The notes beneath the pieces are model-generated. The model ran no database searches. It was not told the DNA's origin and saw only the letters and a program-made list of their open reading frames with translations. This document shows positions 19,252 to 29,149 of a DNA stretch of 64,000 nt, piece by piece. This DNA is from Firmicutes bacterium UBA4916 (lineage in GTDB: Bacteria > Bacillota > Clostridia > Tissierellales > Tepidimicrobiaceae): positions 4,475 through 68,474 of the forward strand of contig DHBY01000061.1 of the NCBI GenBank assembly GCA_002398845.1, written 5' to 3'. The stretch's first letter is position 1. Every line of letters begins with the position of its first letter. A program made the position numbers and the translations under genes.

Positions 19252-19788
19252 CTAGATTTCTTGTTCTTCAATCTTAAAATCCTTAAGAGGCGGTAAATCA
19301 CTTAAACTTTCTAAACCAAAATATCTAAGAAACTCTTGGGTAGTACCATATATTATTGGGCGGCCTGTTCTTTCCAATCTTCCTTTTTCTTTTATTAAGT
19401 CTTTATTTAATAAAGTTTCTACAGCTTTATCACATCTAACTCCCCTAATTGCCTCTATTTCATTTTTCGTAATAGGTTGTCTGTAGGCAATTATTGATAA
19501 AGTTTCTAAAGCAGCAGTAGAAAGGCTTTTAGTGTTTTTTTGTTGTGATAATTTAGAAATCCATTGATAATGTTCTGGCCTTGTTGATAATTGATAGTTA
19601 TTTATTACTCGGATTATTTGCAATCCTCTTCTATTGAAATCAAATTCATCTATCATCTCGTCAAGTGTTTCTTCTATTTTTTTTTCATCTATCTCTAAAA
19701 TAGTTGATATATCCTTTAGGGACAAGGGATCCCCCCAAACAAATAATAATGCTTCTATTACTGCTTTTAATTCTCTTTCATCCATCAA
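19252..19788 (-). CDS. scpB: SMC-Scp complex subunit ScpB
   Basis: IEALLF, LSTAALETLSIIAYRQPITK..IEAIRGV, GRPIIYGTT.EFL..FGL. Confidence 0.96.
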   Translation of the reverse strand: MMDERELKAVIEALLFVWGDPLSLKDISTILEIDEKKIEETLDEMIDEFDFNRRGLQIIRVINNYQLSTRPEHYQWISKLSQQKNTKSLSTAALETLSIIAYRQPITKNEIEAIRGVRCDKAVETLLNKDLIKEKGRLERTGRPIIYGTTQEFLRYFGLESLSDLPPLKDFKIEEQEI

Positions 19789-20538
19789 TTAAACACCCTT
19801 TTCCTCTCTCCTACTAATTATAATATCTGAAAAATTATCTTCTTGATAGATTGTAATATATTTCATTCTTATCAGTTCAAGTAAAGATAAAAAGGTTACG
19901 ACTATCTCTTTGCGATTAGAACTTGCATCAAACAAACTGCTAAACTTAATTACTTCTTTTTCATTTAATTTTTCTTTAATCTTTTCTATGCATTCGTCTA
20001 ATGTATACTCTTCTTTTTGAATTTCATTAATATTAATAGAACCTTGATTGTTTTTATTTTTTATTAGCAATTTATTTAATACCTTTACTAATTCATCTAA
20101 ATCCATTTCCTCCAACTCTTTATCTTCTTCTACATAATATGAAAGCTCCTCTTTAGGTTTATAATATACTTTCTTTTGAGTCTCTTCAAATCCCCGCAAT
20201 TCTTGAGAAACATATTTATATTTTTTATATTCAACCAACCTTCTAACTAGCTCTAGTCTAGGGTCTAATTCTTCCATTTCTAACTGTTCACCATGGTTTT
20301 CTTTCTTAACCTGAGGTAATAGCATTTTAGATTTTATTTCTAACAAAGTAGAGGCCATTACTAAAAACTCGCTGGTTACTTCTAAATCTAATTCTTCCAT
20401 CTTGTTTATATAATCCATATACTGTTCTGTTATCCTATTAATCGGTATATCATAAATATCAATTTGTGCTTTATCAATAAGATGTAATAACAGATCCATA
20501 GGACCTTCAAAAAATTCTAAAACAACTTTATATCCCAT
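19789..20538 (-). CDS. scpA: Segregation and condensation protein ScpA (kleisin)
   Basis: FEGPMDLLLHLI, IYDIPI, EFLVMASTLLEIKSKMLLP, VTFLSLLEL. Confidence 0.96.
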   Translation of the reverse strand: MGYKVVLEFFEGPMDLLLHLIDKAQIDIYDIPINRITEQYMDYINKMEELDLEVTSEFLVMASTLLEIKSKMLLPQVKKENHGEQLEMEELDPRLELVRRLVEYKKYKYVSQELRGFEETQKKVYYKPKEELSYYVEEDKELEEMDLDELVKVLNKLLIKNKNNQGSININEIQKEEYTLDECIEKIKEKLNEKEVIKFSSLFDASSNRKEIVVTFLSLLELIRMKYITIYQEDNFSDIIISRREEKGV

Positions 20539-20553
20539 ATAAAAACTCCTAAA

Positions 20554-21147
20554 TTAGCCTATTATTTTGACTAACATGTTCAAACTAAAGTCAATAAAAG
20601 GCCCCAATATTTTATCTATTGTATTTGTAACTATTAAAATTATTAATATGAAATATAAGTATTTTTCATATTTATAAAAAAAGTATTCATATTTAACAGG
20701 TAGTAAACTTGCTATTACCTTTGACCCATCTAACGGAGGAAAAGGTAGTAGATTAAATACTCCTAACATTATATTATACCATAACATAATTATCAAAACA
20801 TTAAATAATATATTATTAGTTATAATACCTGATGATATAATAAATCCTACAATTATTGCCATTAAAAAATTTGAAAAAGGCCCCGCTAAAGATACTAATA
20901 TGGTATCTCTTTTCCTATTCTTGAAATTTAACGAATTGATTGGCACAGGCTTGGCCCATCCAAACTTAAAAACTAATAAACAAATAAATCCTACTAAGTC
21001 TATATGTTTTAAGGGGTTTAAAGATAATCTCCCTGATTTTTTAGCTGTATCATCCCCTAATAGGTAAGCAACATACCCATGAGAGACTTCATGAATAATT
21101 ATTGCCACTAATAAACCAGGTAAATTCAATAAAAATTTATATTTCAT
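20554..21147 (-). CDS. Site-2 protease (M50) family membrane metalloprotease
   Basis: HEVSHG, GRLSLNPLKH, GWAKPVP, AGP, FNLLPFPPLDG. Confidence 0.93.
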   Translation of the reverse strand: MKYKFLLNLPGLLVAIIIHEVSHGYVAYLLGDDTAKKSGRLSLNPLKHIDLVGFICLLVFKFGWAKPVPINSLNFKNRKRDTILVSLAGPFSNFLMAIIVGFIISSGIITNNILFNVLIIMLWYNIMLGVFNLLPFPPLDGSKVIASLLPVKYEYFFYKYEKYLYFILIILIVTNTIDKILGPFIDFSLNMLVKIIG

Positions 21148-21218
21148 ATTTTAACCTCTTTCTCATTAAAATTAGCATAACCTCGACCTAATAGCCGAGG
21201 TTTAATTATCTTTACTCT

Positions 21219-21247
21219 ATTCTATAATGTTTTTGTAAAAAATACAA
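21219..21247 (-). promoter_or_regulatory. SigA-type promoter for site-2 protease-scpA-scpB
   Basis: TTGTAT-17 nt-TAGAAT on minus strand. Confidence 0.55.
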
Positions 21248-21259
21248 ACATATATTATT

Positions 21260-22417
21260 CTATTTATTAATTAAAAGACTTTTAACCGTTTTTTTAAGCA
21301 TTTCCTTAAATCCTGCTTTTTCTACATTGGTTTTGGAAACCAATTTAATATTATCCATTTCATTACCATCAATTTTAACCACCAAATTACCTATTGCTTC
21401 CCCTTCTTGTATTGGGCTTTCAACAAATTCAGGCAATAATATTTCCTTTTCCATATTTCCACCCTTACCTTTAGGCAGCAGTATGTAGCTATCTCTTTCT
21501 AATGCTGCTTCTATATATTCCATATTTCCTTTATGGACTGGGACTTTTCCAAATACATCACCTTTTCTACCTACAGGTATAGAATCATAATTTGCAAATC
21601 CATAATCTAAAAGCTTCATGCTTTCTTCAAATCTAATTTTAGAAGTTTCACTACCTAATACAACTGCTATTAGTTGTAAATTACCTCTTTTAGCTGATGC
21701 AGAAAGACAAAATCCTGCTTCATTGGTAGAACCAGTCTTTATTCCTGTAGTACCTTGGTAGTCCTTGATTAAACTATTTGTGTTAACTAAACTTGCTATC
21801 TTATCTTTTTTCTTTCCTACTTTCATTTCATCCATATAAACAGTTAACCAATCATGAATTTTCTTATGTTTTAATAGTTCTTTAGACATTAGTGCTACAT
21901 CATGGGCTGATACATAATGGTCCTTATGAGGTAGTCCTGTTGAATTTACAAAATTAGTGTTTTTCATGTCCAGGGATTTTGCTTTTTCATTCATCATTTT
22001 CACAAAAGATTCTTCACTCCCAGATATATGTTCTGCTAAAGCCACGGCAGCATCGTTAGCAGATCTTAAGCAAATAGCTTTAAATAGATCTTCTACGGTT
22101 TGAGTCTCTCCCTCTTCAAGCCAAAGTTGACTTCCCCCCATTCCTGCTGCATGGGCAGATATTCTTACTTCATCAGATAGCTCGATTTTCCCACCTTCTA
22201 ATGCTTCCATACCTAATAGAAGGGTCATGATTTTGCTAATGCTTGCAGGGGGTAGCTTATCATTAGAATTCTTTTCATATATCACCTCGCCTGTATAATA
22301 GTCTATAAGGATAGCAGACTTTGCATTTATATTAAATTCTTCTTCAGCAAAAGCGCCTGCTATAAAAGTAAACAGAAAAATGGGCAATAAAATTACTGTG
22401 ACAATTCTCTTATCCAC
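21260..22417 (-). CDS. dacF: D-alanyl-D-alanine carboxypeptidase DacF
   Basis: PASISK, GMGGSQLWLE, SAND, KTG; start GTG 22417 7 nt after GGAGG. Confidence 0.85.
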   Translation of the reverse strand: MDKRIVTVILLPIFLFTFIAGAFAEEEFNINAKSAILIDYYTGEVIYEKNSNDKLPPASISKIMTLLLGMEALEGGKIELSDEVRISAHAAGMGGSQLWLEEGETQTVEDLFKAICLRSANDAAVALAEHISGSEESFVKMMNEKAKSLDMKNTNFVNSTGLPHKDHYVSAHDVALMSKELLKHKKIHDWLTVYMDEMKVGKKKDKIASLVNTNSLIKDYQGTTGIKTGSTNEAGFCLSASAKRGNLQLIAVVLGSETSKIRFEESMKLLDYGFANYDSIPVGRKGDVFGKVPVHKGNMEYIEAALERDSYILLPKGKGGNMEKEILLPEFVESPIQEGEAIGNLVVKIDGNEMDNIKLVSKTNVEKAGFKEMLKKTVKSLLINK

Positions 22418-22586
22418 CAAATTACCTCCCATAAATATATTTACTTTTATATTGTCCACTTAACCGCTATTTATACAATCCATAGTGGGTCTTCTATTAC
22501 TTTCCAATGTAATAAATTCCACATTATATGTTAGCCTATAATTAGAACAAAATAGGTTATTTCACAATGATTTTATGATAAAAGCC

Positions 22587-22627
22587 AAAAGCCTGAAAAC
22601 CTTATTATATCTAAGATTCAGGCTTTT
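22587..22627. terminator. Hairpin/terminator downstream of 745-aa gene
   Basis: AAAAGCCTGAA...TTCAGGCTTTT. Confidence 0.6.
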
Positions 22628-22689
22628 CTTGCTTAGGTCTTGCTGCAAAAATTAATTTATAATTTAAACTTGAAGATTTATTAATAAAA

Positions 22690-24927
22690 CTAATTTAACT
22701 GGATATCATTTATTAATACTCCTAATGGTATGAATAAATAGATTAACATCAAAGCTGCAGCTATGGTACCTGTATCATTAAATAAGAATACAACTATTCC
22801 ACCTAATAAAATTATAATAAACCCCTTAAACAAATTGGTATAATCCTTACGAATTTTAGCTAAAGCTTCGCTCTTATATTTATATAATAAAATCATTAAA
22901 ATAATTTGCATAAATAAAATGATATTCCATGAAGCATGAAATAGATTCCAGAAAACTTGTTTTAATTTAGTGCCAATTATTTCAAAAAGTTTACTTAAGC
23001 CGCCTGTTGTTAAAGACATTAATGCCTTTCCCGCATGGGTGGGGTTTGGATTAAATAGAGCATCTAATCCAGCTAATACAATAATGCCTATAATAACCCC
23101 AACCATCATAATGACTATTTTCTTAAAAGAAAATTTTTTGTCTGAAATTATTAGTATTGCTAATAAAACAACTATTGCAGCAGACAATGTTCCACCCATA
23201 TTAGCACCAAAAAAAGGACTAAGAGCTATTATCACCAAAAACATATAAAAAAGTATAGATATAGTCATAGTAGGTTTTTTAATTTTGTATAGCTGAAATA
23301 ATGAAAAAAGTCCCAATAAAGTGGAGCCTAATAATATGCCCATATAATCATTACCTATGCCGTAAAATCTACCACCTGCAATAGCATCTGAGCCTAAAGG
23401 AGAAATAATCATCAATTTTTTTATAAAGTAAATATCTACCATTATAAATATACTAGTTGCCAATCCTAAAATAGACATAGCCATTAAATTTTGACTAAAA
23501 ATTTTATTTAAAATATAAGCTATAACAAAAGCAATACCAAAAACATAAATAATATCCAAAATTATAAATTTATAACCAAATAGTGAAACAGTCATCATGG
23601 TTAAAGGTGTTGCCATTATAGTTAAGCTTAAATAATTTAGAAATTTATTAGAAAATCCTTTCCATTTTGTAAATTGAGGTAAATAAAATCCAATTAAACA
23701 TATACCTACTAAAATAATAAAAATCCAATGGAAAACCTTGCGGTACTTTCTTATATATAAAAATTGTGCTTGATTGTTAAGAAGAGTATGTGTTGATTCC
23801 TCACTATGTACTGCCTCCATTGGTTCCCCAATAAAACTTTTAGTTTCAACAGCATTAAAGAAATTGAGTATAGTAGGCACAAAATCAAAATTTGTAACCA
23901 AACCCTCTCTACGAGTAGTCTTTGAGGTTAGTAATCCTTTTTCAGTATTGCTTCCCGACATAATAATAGGGGTTAAAGCAAAGTTGCCTTCGTTTGTCAT
24001 TTCCTTGGAGGGATTAGGACTTATCACCATAAATAATGCATCCTTTAAATTTACCTTTTCCATAACTTCCCCAAGGAATAAATCAGCTCGCTCAATGGCC
24101 TTTGTTGTTTGCTTTTTCACAGCAAGTTCCGTAGCTAATCGATCATTTTTTTGAACCCTTACAGTATCTCCATAATCTATAAATAATATATCTACATTAG
24201 GTAAAATACGTTCTACTTCCTTTAAAAGTTTATCTGAATTTAATCTAATACCACCTAAGACATTAGTATCAGCAATTAACAAATTAGAATCTATATAACC
24301 AAAAGGAATTACACCATTTTCATCCATAGCTAACATAGTGGCTTCTCTAGCCGATGTATCATAATCACTATTTCCCACAATCCCAATTGAAAGATTGTTT
24401 TCCTTAGCTATTTTGCCTAAAAGTCCAATTTGATTATTAGGCGTAACATCTGTTGCAGTTTTTTCTATATCTCCAATAGCAATATTTATTATTTCACCCT
24501 CTGGAGTAGCTTTTCCTGTATATGATTTATAAAGATCACTTGCAGTAATATATTCAGATATTAAACTATTGCCTGATATATAATCTGGTAAAGGAAACAT
24601 CTCATCCCTAGAGAAAGCTAATCCACCTTTAGTGGAAGCCAAAGTTCTTGTTCCCATACCCAGGCTAAGATATGTACTTCCCCTATTTGATATACTTGAC
24701 TTTGCTCGAGTATTCATAAGTCCAATAGCTCCATTTTCTAGCAGCATGTTTATGTTTGGAATATCACTATTAAGCATATCTTCTAAACTAATCTGGTCTA
24801 ATATAAGTATAATAGCCTTTTTATCTCCATCAGCATTAGCCTTTGAAATTGGCATGCCTAAAACCAGACATACGGCTAAAGATAAAGTAAATATATATTT
24901 AAAAATAGGCCTCCAATTTTTTTGCAA
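22690..24927 (-). CDS. Large hypothetical membrane protein: exported alkaline-phosphatase-like domain plus ~10 TM helices
   Basis: Signal peptide (ANA-D), IILILDQIS, TTRREGLVTNFDFVPTIL, membrane region with GGRFYGIGNDYMG, FGANMGG, PTH.G, FNDTG. Confidence 0.75.
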   Translation of the reverse strand: MQKNWRPIFKYIFTLSLAVCLVLGMPISKANADGDKKAIILILDQISLEDMLNSDIPNINMLLENGAIGLMNTRAKSSISNRGSTYLSLGMGTRTLASTKGGLAFSRDEMFPLPDYISGNSLISEYITASDLYKSYTGKATPEGEIINIAIGDIEKTATDVTPNNQIGLLGKIAKENNLSIGIVGNSDYDTSAREATMLAMDENGVIPFGYIDSNLLIADTNVLGGIRLNSDKLLKEVERILPNVDILFIDYGDTVRVQKNDRLATELAVKKQTTKAIERADLFLGEVMEKVNLKDALFMVISPNPSKEMTNEGNFALTPIIMSGSNTEKGLLTSKTTRREGLVTNFDFVPTILNFFNAVETKSFIGEPMEAVHSEESTHTLLNNQAQFLYIRKYRKVFHWIFIILVGICLIGFYLPQFTKWKGFSNKFLNYLSLTIMATPLTMMTVSLFGYKFIILDIIYVFGIAFVIAYILNKIFSQNLMAMSILGLATSIFIMVDIYFIKKLMIISPLGSDAIAGGRFYGIGNDYMGILLGSTLLGLFSLFQLYKIKKPTMTISILFYMFLVIIALSPFFGANMGGTLSAAIVVLLAILIISDKKFSFKKIVIMMVGVIIGIIVLAGLDALFNPNPTHAGKALMSLTTGGLSKLFEIIGTKLKQVFWNLFHASWNIILFMQIILMILLYKYKSEALAKIRKDYTNLFKGFIIILLGGIVVFLFNDTGTIAAALMLIYLFIPLGVLINDIQLN

Positions 24928-25028
24928 TTTGATGTTCCTCCCTTAAAATAATTTTCATAATACAATTTAAAGGACTAATGGCAAAGTAGAAAAACTTTAA
25001 ATTATATAATGAAACTTTCATCCACAAT

Positions 25029-25057
25029 ATTCTAATATATATGATCCTAAAAGTCAA
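25029..25057 (-). promoter_or_regulatory. SigA-type promoter for 745-aa gene
   Basis: TTGACT-17 nt-TAGAAT. Confidence 0.6.
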
Positions 25058-25210
25058 TTTTACTAATTCCCTAGATTTAATGAATTATTCTTATAATAAT
25101 TATATAAATAGGCAGCAGTTTACTGCCTATTCCTAATCCATTATTATTTTAACACCTAATATGTTTTTAATCCCTTTGTTTCTTGGAAATTTTTTGTAAT
25201 TATGCTGCTT

Positions 25211-25251
25211 AAAAAAGCATCCTAAAATCCTTTTTGATTTTAAGATGCTTT
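25211..25251 (-). terminator. Intrinsic terminator after pdp
   Basis: Minus strand AAAGCATCTTAAAATC-loop-GATTTTAGGATGC-TTTTTT. Confidence 0.75.
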
Positions 25252-25255
25252 AAAC

Positions 25256-26581
25256 TTAATATAACTCAACTCCATTTTTGGTAACCAATCCATATACTAG
25301 TTTCTTAGCCTTTTCATTTTTATCGCCAATAATATATAGATTTCTAAGTTTTTCTCTAACTTCTTTAGCCTTAGCCATATCATTAGCATGTACATAAGCT
25401 AGAGTATCTCCGATATCAACTTTATCGTCAACTTTTTTATTCAATACAATCCCTGCCGATAAATCAATAACTGAAGCCATAGTCTCCCTTCCTGCTCCTA
25501 GCGTTAAAGCACATTTGCCTACTTCTTCAGCATTCAATGATTTTACATAGCCTTTTTTATGACTTTCCACACTAATAATATGATTTGCTTTAGGAAGCAA
25601 TTTTACATTTTCAATATATTTTATATCTCCACCTTGATATTTTACTAATTCAATAAATTTATTGTATGCAGCTTTAGACCTTATAGTTTCTTCTAATATT
25701 GCTCTTCCTTCTTTTCCATCTTTAACCCGTTTTGATAACAATAATAATCTAGTGCCTAATTGAAGACAAAGTTCATATAGATCCTTAGCTCCATGCCCTT
25801 TTAATGTTTCTATAGCTTCTTTGACCTCTAAAGCATTACCAACGGCCATACCCAAAGGTTCATCCATATTAGTAATCAAAGCTATTGTTTCCCTGCCATA
25901 TCCCGTTCCTATATCTACCATTTCTTCTGCTAATCTTATTGCATCATCTATGTTTTTCATAAAAGCACCACTGCCTACCTTTACGTCCAAAATAATTGCA
26001 TCTGAACCTATAGCAAGCTTTTTACTCATTATACTACTAGCAATTAGTGATATATTCTCAACTGTAGCAGTAACATCTCTTAAAGAATAAAACTTTTTGT
26101 CTGCTGGAGTAATATTAGCAGTTTGACTGCATAAAGAAATATTTATCTTATTTGAATTATTAATAAATTCGTCGGTGGTCAATTCTACTTTAAAGCCCTT
26201 AATGGATTCTAATTTATCTAATGTTCCTCCGGTATGTCCTAAGCCTCTTCCAGACATTTTAACAAAAGGAACACCACAGGCTGCTACCATTGGCCCTAAA
26301 ATTAAAGTCGTAGTGTCCCCTACTCCTCCTGTTGAGTGTTTATCAACTTTTATTCCTTTTATTTTAGATAAATCAACCGTATCTCCAGAATTAATCATAG
26401 CTCTAGTTAAGTCGAGGGTTTCTCTTTTATTCATTTTGTTAAAAAAGATTGCCATAAATAAAGCAGATATTTGATAATCAGGAATTTGTCCATTGGTATA
26501 GTTTTCAACAAAGTAATTTATTTCCTCTGTAGTAAGCTCTTCTCCATCTCTTTTTCCCTTAATAATATCATAAATCCTCAT
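25256..26581 (-). CDS. pdp: Pyrimidine-nucleoside phosphorylase
   Basis: DKHSTGGVGD, KMSGRGLGHTGGTLDKLESI, YSLRDVTATV, SIMSKK. Confidence 0.95.
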   Translation of the reverse strand: MRIYDIIKGKRDGEELTTEEINYFVENYTNGQIPDYQISALFMAIFFNKMNKRETLDLTRAMINSGDTVDLSKIKGIKVDKHSTGGVGDTTTLILGPMVAACGVPFVKMSGRGLGHTGGTLDKLESIKGFKVELTTDEFINNSNKINISLCSQTANITPADKKFYSLRDVTATVENISLIASSIMSKKLAIGSDAIILDVKVGSGAFMKNIDDAIRLAEEMVDIGTGYGRETIALITNMDEPLGMAVGNALEVKEAIETLKGHGAKDLYELCLQLGTRLLLLSKRVKDGKEGRAILEETIRSKAAYNKFIELVKYQGGDIKYIENVKLLPKANHIISVESHKKGYVKSLNAEEVGKCALTLGAGRETMASVIDLSAGIVLNKKVDDKVDIGDTLAYVHANDMAKAKEVREKLRNLYIIGDKNEKAKKLVYGLVTKNGVELY

Positions 26582-26595
26582 ATCTTTCACCCCAA

Positions 26596-27414
26596 TTACA
26601 TATTATCTAATATTCCAATAACTAGGTTTTCAAACTTTTCTTTTACCATTAATGAAGTTTCTATTACCTCTTCATGGTTTAATGGTTTGTCTAGTATTCC
26701 TGCAGCCATGTTAGTTATACATGATATACCCAATACTCTAATATTTTGATGAGAAGCTGCAATAACCTCTGGTACCGTTGACATACCTACGGCTGATGCC
26801 CCTAAAATCCTAGCTAATTTTACCTCTGAAGGAGTTTCATATGTAGGACCAGTAAACCACATATATACGCCTTCTTGTAGTGGTATATTAAGCCTCTTTC
26901 CTACATCTTTAGCCAAAGCTATCAATCCTTTATCATATACCCTAGTCATATCTACAAATCTTGGTCCAAGTTCATTGTAGTTTTTGCCAATCAATGGGTT
27001 TTGTCCTGTAAAGTTAATATGATCACTAATAATCATCAAATCTCCAGGAGAAAAGCTCTCATTAACTCCACCTGCAGCATTAGTAACTATCAAATTTTCT
27101 ATTCCCAATTCTATCATAACCCTAACTGGAAATACTACTTCACTTAAGGGATATCCTTCGTAGTAATGAAATCTTCCTTGCATAGCAATTACATTTTTAC
27201 CTCCTAAGGTACCAATGATTAACTGTCCCTTATGGCCTTCTACAGTTGATACAGGAAAATTTGGTATGTCTTTATAATTAATTGTTATAGGATTTTCTAT
27301 TTTTTCACCTAAACTTCCCAATCCTGAACCTAAAATCAAACCAATACTTGGTTTTTTCCTACATTTACCTTTAATATAATTTACACTTTCATTAATCTTT
27401 TCCATATAGTTCAT
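26596..27414 (-). CDS. punA: Purine-nucleoside phosphorylase I
   Basis: ILGSGLG, QGRFHYYEG, TNAAGG, GPTYETPSE, VGMSTVPE. Confidence 0.95.
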   Translation of the reverse strand: MNYMEKINESVNYIKGKCRKKPSIGLILGSGLGSLGEKIENPITINYKDIPNFPVSTVEGHKGQLIIGTLGGKNVIAMQGRFHYYEGYPLSEVVFPVRVMIELGIENLIVTNAAGGVNESFSPGDLMIISDHINFTGQNPLIGKNYNELGPRFVDMTRVYDKGLIALAKDVGKRLNIPLQEGVYMWFTGPTYETPSEVKLARILGASAVGMSTVPEVIAASHQNIRVLGISCITNMAAGILDKPLNHEEVIETSLMVKEKFENLVIGILDNM

Positions 27415-27425
27415 ATTTTTACCTC

Positions 27426-28319
27426 CTATGCCCTAGGATGTGATTTTTCATATACATCCTTTAGCTTTTTTTTGTCGGTTGCAAAACAGTACATCTGAGT
27501 TGTAGAAATATCAGAATGTCCAAGCATTTCTTGAACGGTCTTAATATCTGCACCATTTTGCAACAAATGAACAGCAAAAGAATGTCTTAATGTATGGGGT
27601 GTTATCTTTTTATCAATCTTTGATTTAATAGTATATCCTTTAATTATTTTCCAAAACCCTTGCCTAGTTAATCTATTGCCATTATAATTTAAAAACAATG
27701 CCTCCTGTTCTTCACCTTTTAAAACTTCACATCTATAATTATCAATATAATTGTTTAAACACTTTAAAGCAACACTTCCAATAGGAACTACCCTTTCATT
27801 TGCAAAAGATTTATCTAAATATAAATAACCTAGTTTTAGATTAAGATTATCCATATTTAGCGCAATTATTTCAGAAACTCGTATACCCGTAGCATATAAA
27901 AGTTCTAACATGGCCTTGTCCCTGATTTCTTTAAAATTGTCCTTACATGGTTGAGAAAGTAATATATCTACTTCCTCCTTAGTTAAAATACTAGGTAATT
28001 TTTTTTCGCATTTAGGTGAACGAAGATTGTGAGTAGGATCTTCTTTTATTAAATTATTATTCAATAAATATTGATAAAAGCACCTAATAGAAGCCAGGTT
28101 TCGTGAAATGGTAGAGGTAGCTTTACCATCTTTTTGTAATTGCATCAAATATGTAATAATAATGGTTTTATTTACTATTATAGGATCCTTTATATTATTA
28201 TTAATCAGATATTCATTAAATTGCATTATATCCCTAACATAAGCCTCCAATGTATTTGGTGTTAATTCCTTTTCATTTCTAATATAATCCATATATTTCT
28301 TCATAATTATTTCAGACAT
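27426..28319 (-). CDS. xerD: Site-specific tyrosine recombinase XerD (RipX)
   Basis: RDKAMLELLYATGIRVSE, LTRQGFW, TPHTLRHSFAVHLL.NGAD, LGHSDISTTQMY; spoIIM-xerD-punA synteny. Confidence 0.92.
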   Translation of the reverse strand: MSEIIMKKYMDYIRNEKELTPNTLEAYVRDIMQFNEYLINNNIKDPIIVNKTIIITYLMQLQKDGKATSTISRNLASIRCFYQYLLNNNLIKEDPTHNLRSPKCEKKLPSILTKEEVDILLSQPCKDNFKEIRDKAMLELLYATGIRVSEIIALNMDNLNLKLGYLYLDKSFANERVVPIGSVALKCLNNYIDNYRCEVLKGEEQEALFLNYNGNRLTRQGFWKIIKGYTIKSKIDKKITPHTLRHSFAVHLLQNGADIKTVQEMLGHSDISTTQMYCFATDKKKLKDVYEKSHPRA

Positions 28320-28353
28320 AGTTGATCTCCTTTATTAATGATTTTATATACTT

Positions 28354-28380
28354 ATTCAACAAAGGTTTGTTAATTCCCTC
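28354..28380 (-). promoter_or_regulatory. Putative SigH-type promoter for xerD
   Basis: GAGGGAATT-11 nt-GTTGAAT matches RnAGGAwWW...RnnGAAT. Confidence 0.5.
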
Positions 28381-28400
28381 TAAAATAATAATATTTCTCA

Positions 28401-29036
28401 TTACTTGAAATGACCTGATAGCAGCCGTAGAAAAATTGGTGATATATAAGCCTCTATTAGGGAACCTATTAAAACAATAATTGAAAAAAGCAATATTAAA
28501 ATAGAATAATTAATAATATTTGGATATAAGCTGTTATTCCTCATCTTTAACTTTTTATTTTTAATACCATTAATTGAAAATGCCATTCCTATAGATGATA
28601 TGGATATAATTCCTGGGATGATAAATAGATTTTGAGGCATTATTCCTAAAATCGAAAACATAAATCCTTTTATCCCATATTCATTAACTAAAAACCCTAC
28701 TGTAAAACCTAAAGCAAATCCTCTAAATAAAACAGTCATTGGAATAATAGGTAATCCTAATACAATCATTCCTGTTATCCATATTAAACCTATGGTTTTA
28801 AAATTATCAATAATTGATTGTTTCAATATAGCTAAATTTTCAAAGTTACTGCCATCCATGGTCTTAAAAAAGGAGTTTAAAAAGGTTATTATTCCATCTT
28901 TTTGATCTGAATTTAATACTTTTATGGTTATTGCCCCTATTATTATCCCAATGGCAAAAATAATTGTAACAATAAAATAAATAATAAAATTATCTTGAAA
29001 TTGTTTAAATAACCATCTTTTAATTTTATTGAGCAA
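28401..29036 (-). CDS. spoIIM: Stage II sporulation protein M
   Basis: Multi-TM, G.PII...LFRGFALGFTVGFL, PQNLFIIP, EAYISP. Confidence 0.93.
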   Translation of the reverse strand: MLNKIKRWLFKQFQDNFIIYFIVTIIFAIGIIIGAITIKVLNSDQKDGIITFLNSFFKTMDGSNFENLAILKQSIIDNFKTIGLIWITGMIVLGLPIIPMTVLFRGFALGFTVGFLVNEYGIKGFMFSILGIMPQNLFIIPGIISISSIGMAFSINGIKNKKLKMRNNSLYPNIINYSILILLFSIIVLIGSLIEAYISPIFLRLLSGHFK

Positions 29037-29076
29037 TGATAAATCCTCCCTTCATTTGATACAAGCCCTATATGAA

Positions 29077-29106
29077 ATACTATGCTTTTTAGGAAGATAT
29101 TATCAC
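29077..29106 (-). promoter_or_regulatory. Putative SigE promoter for spoIIM
   Basis: GTGATA-16 nt-CATAGTAT; spoIIM is a known SigE gene. Confidence 0.6.
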
Positions 29107-29149
29107 TTCTTATTTATAATGCATAAAGAGAGATTATGATTTAAAAATC

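Noticed and set aside
22445-22476. SigF/SigG promoter for dacF (GTATA...GGACAATAT)
   Set aside because: Plausible, but spacing is 14 nt and the -10 is imperfect, so not listed as a feature
27426-28319. Tyrosine recombinase as a prophage or island integrase
   Set aside because: Housekeeping XerD sequence in canonical spoIIM-xerD-punA context; no att repeats or cargo
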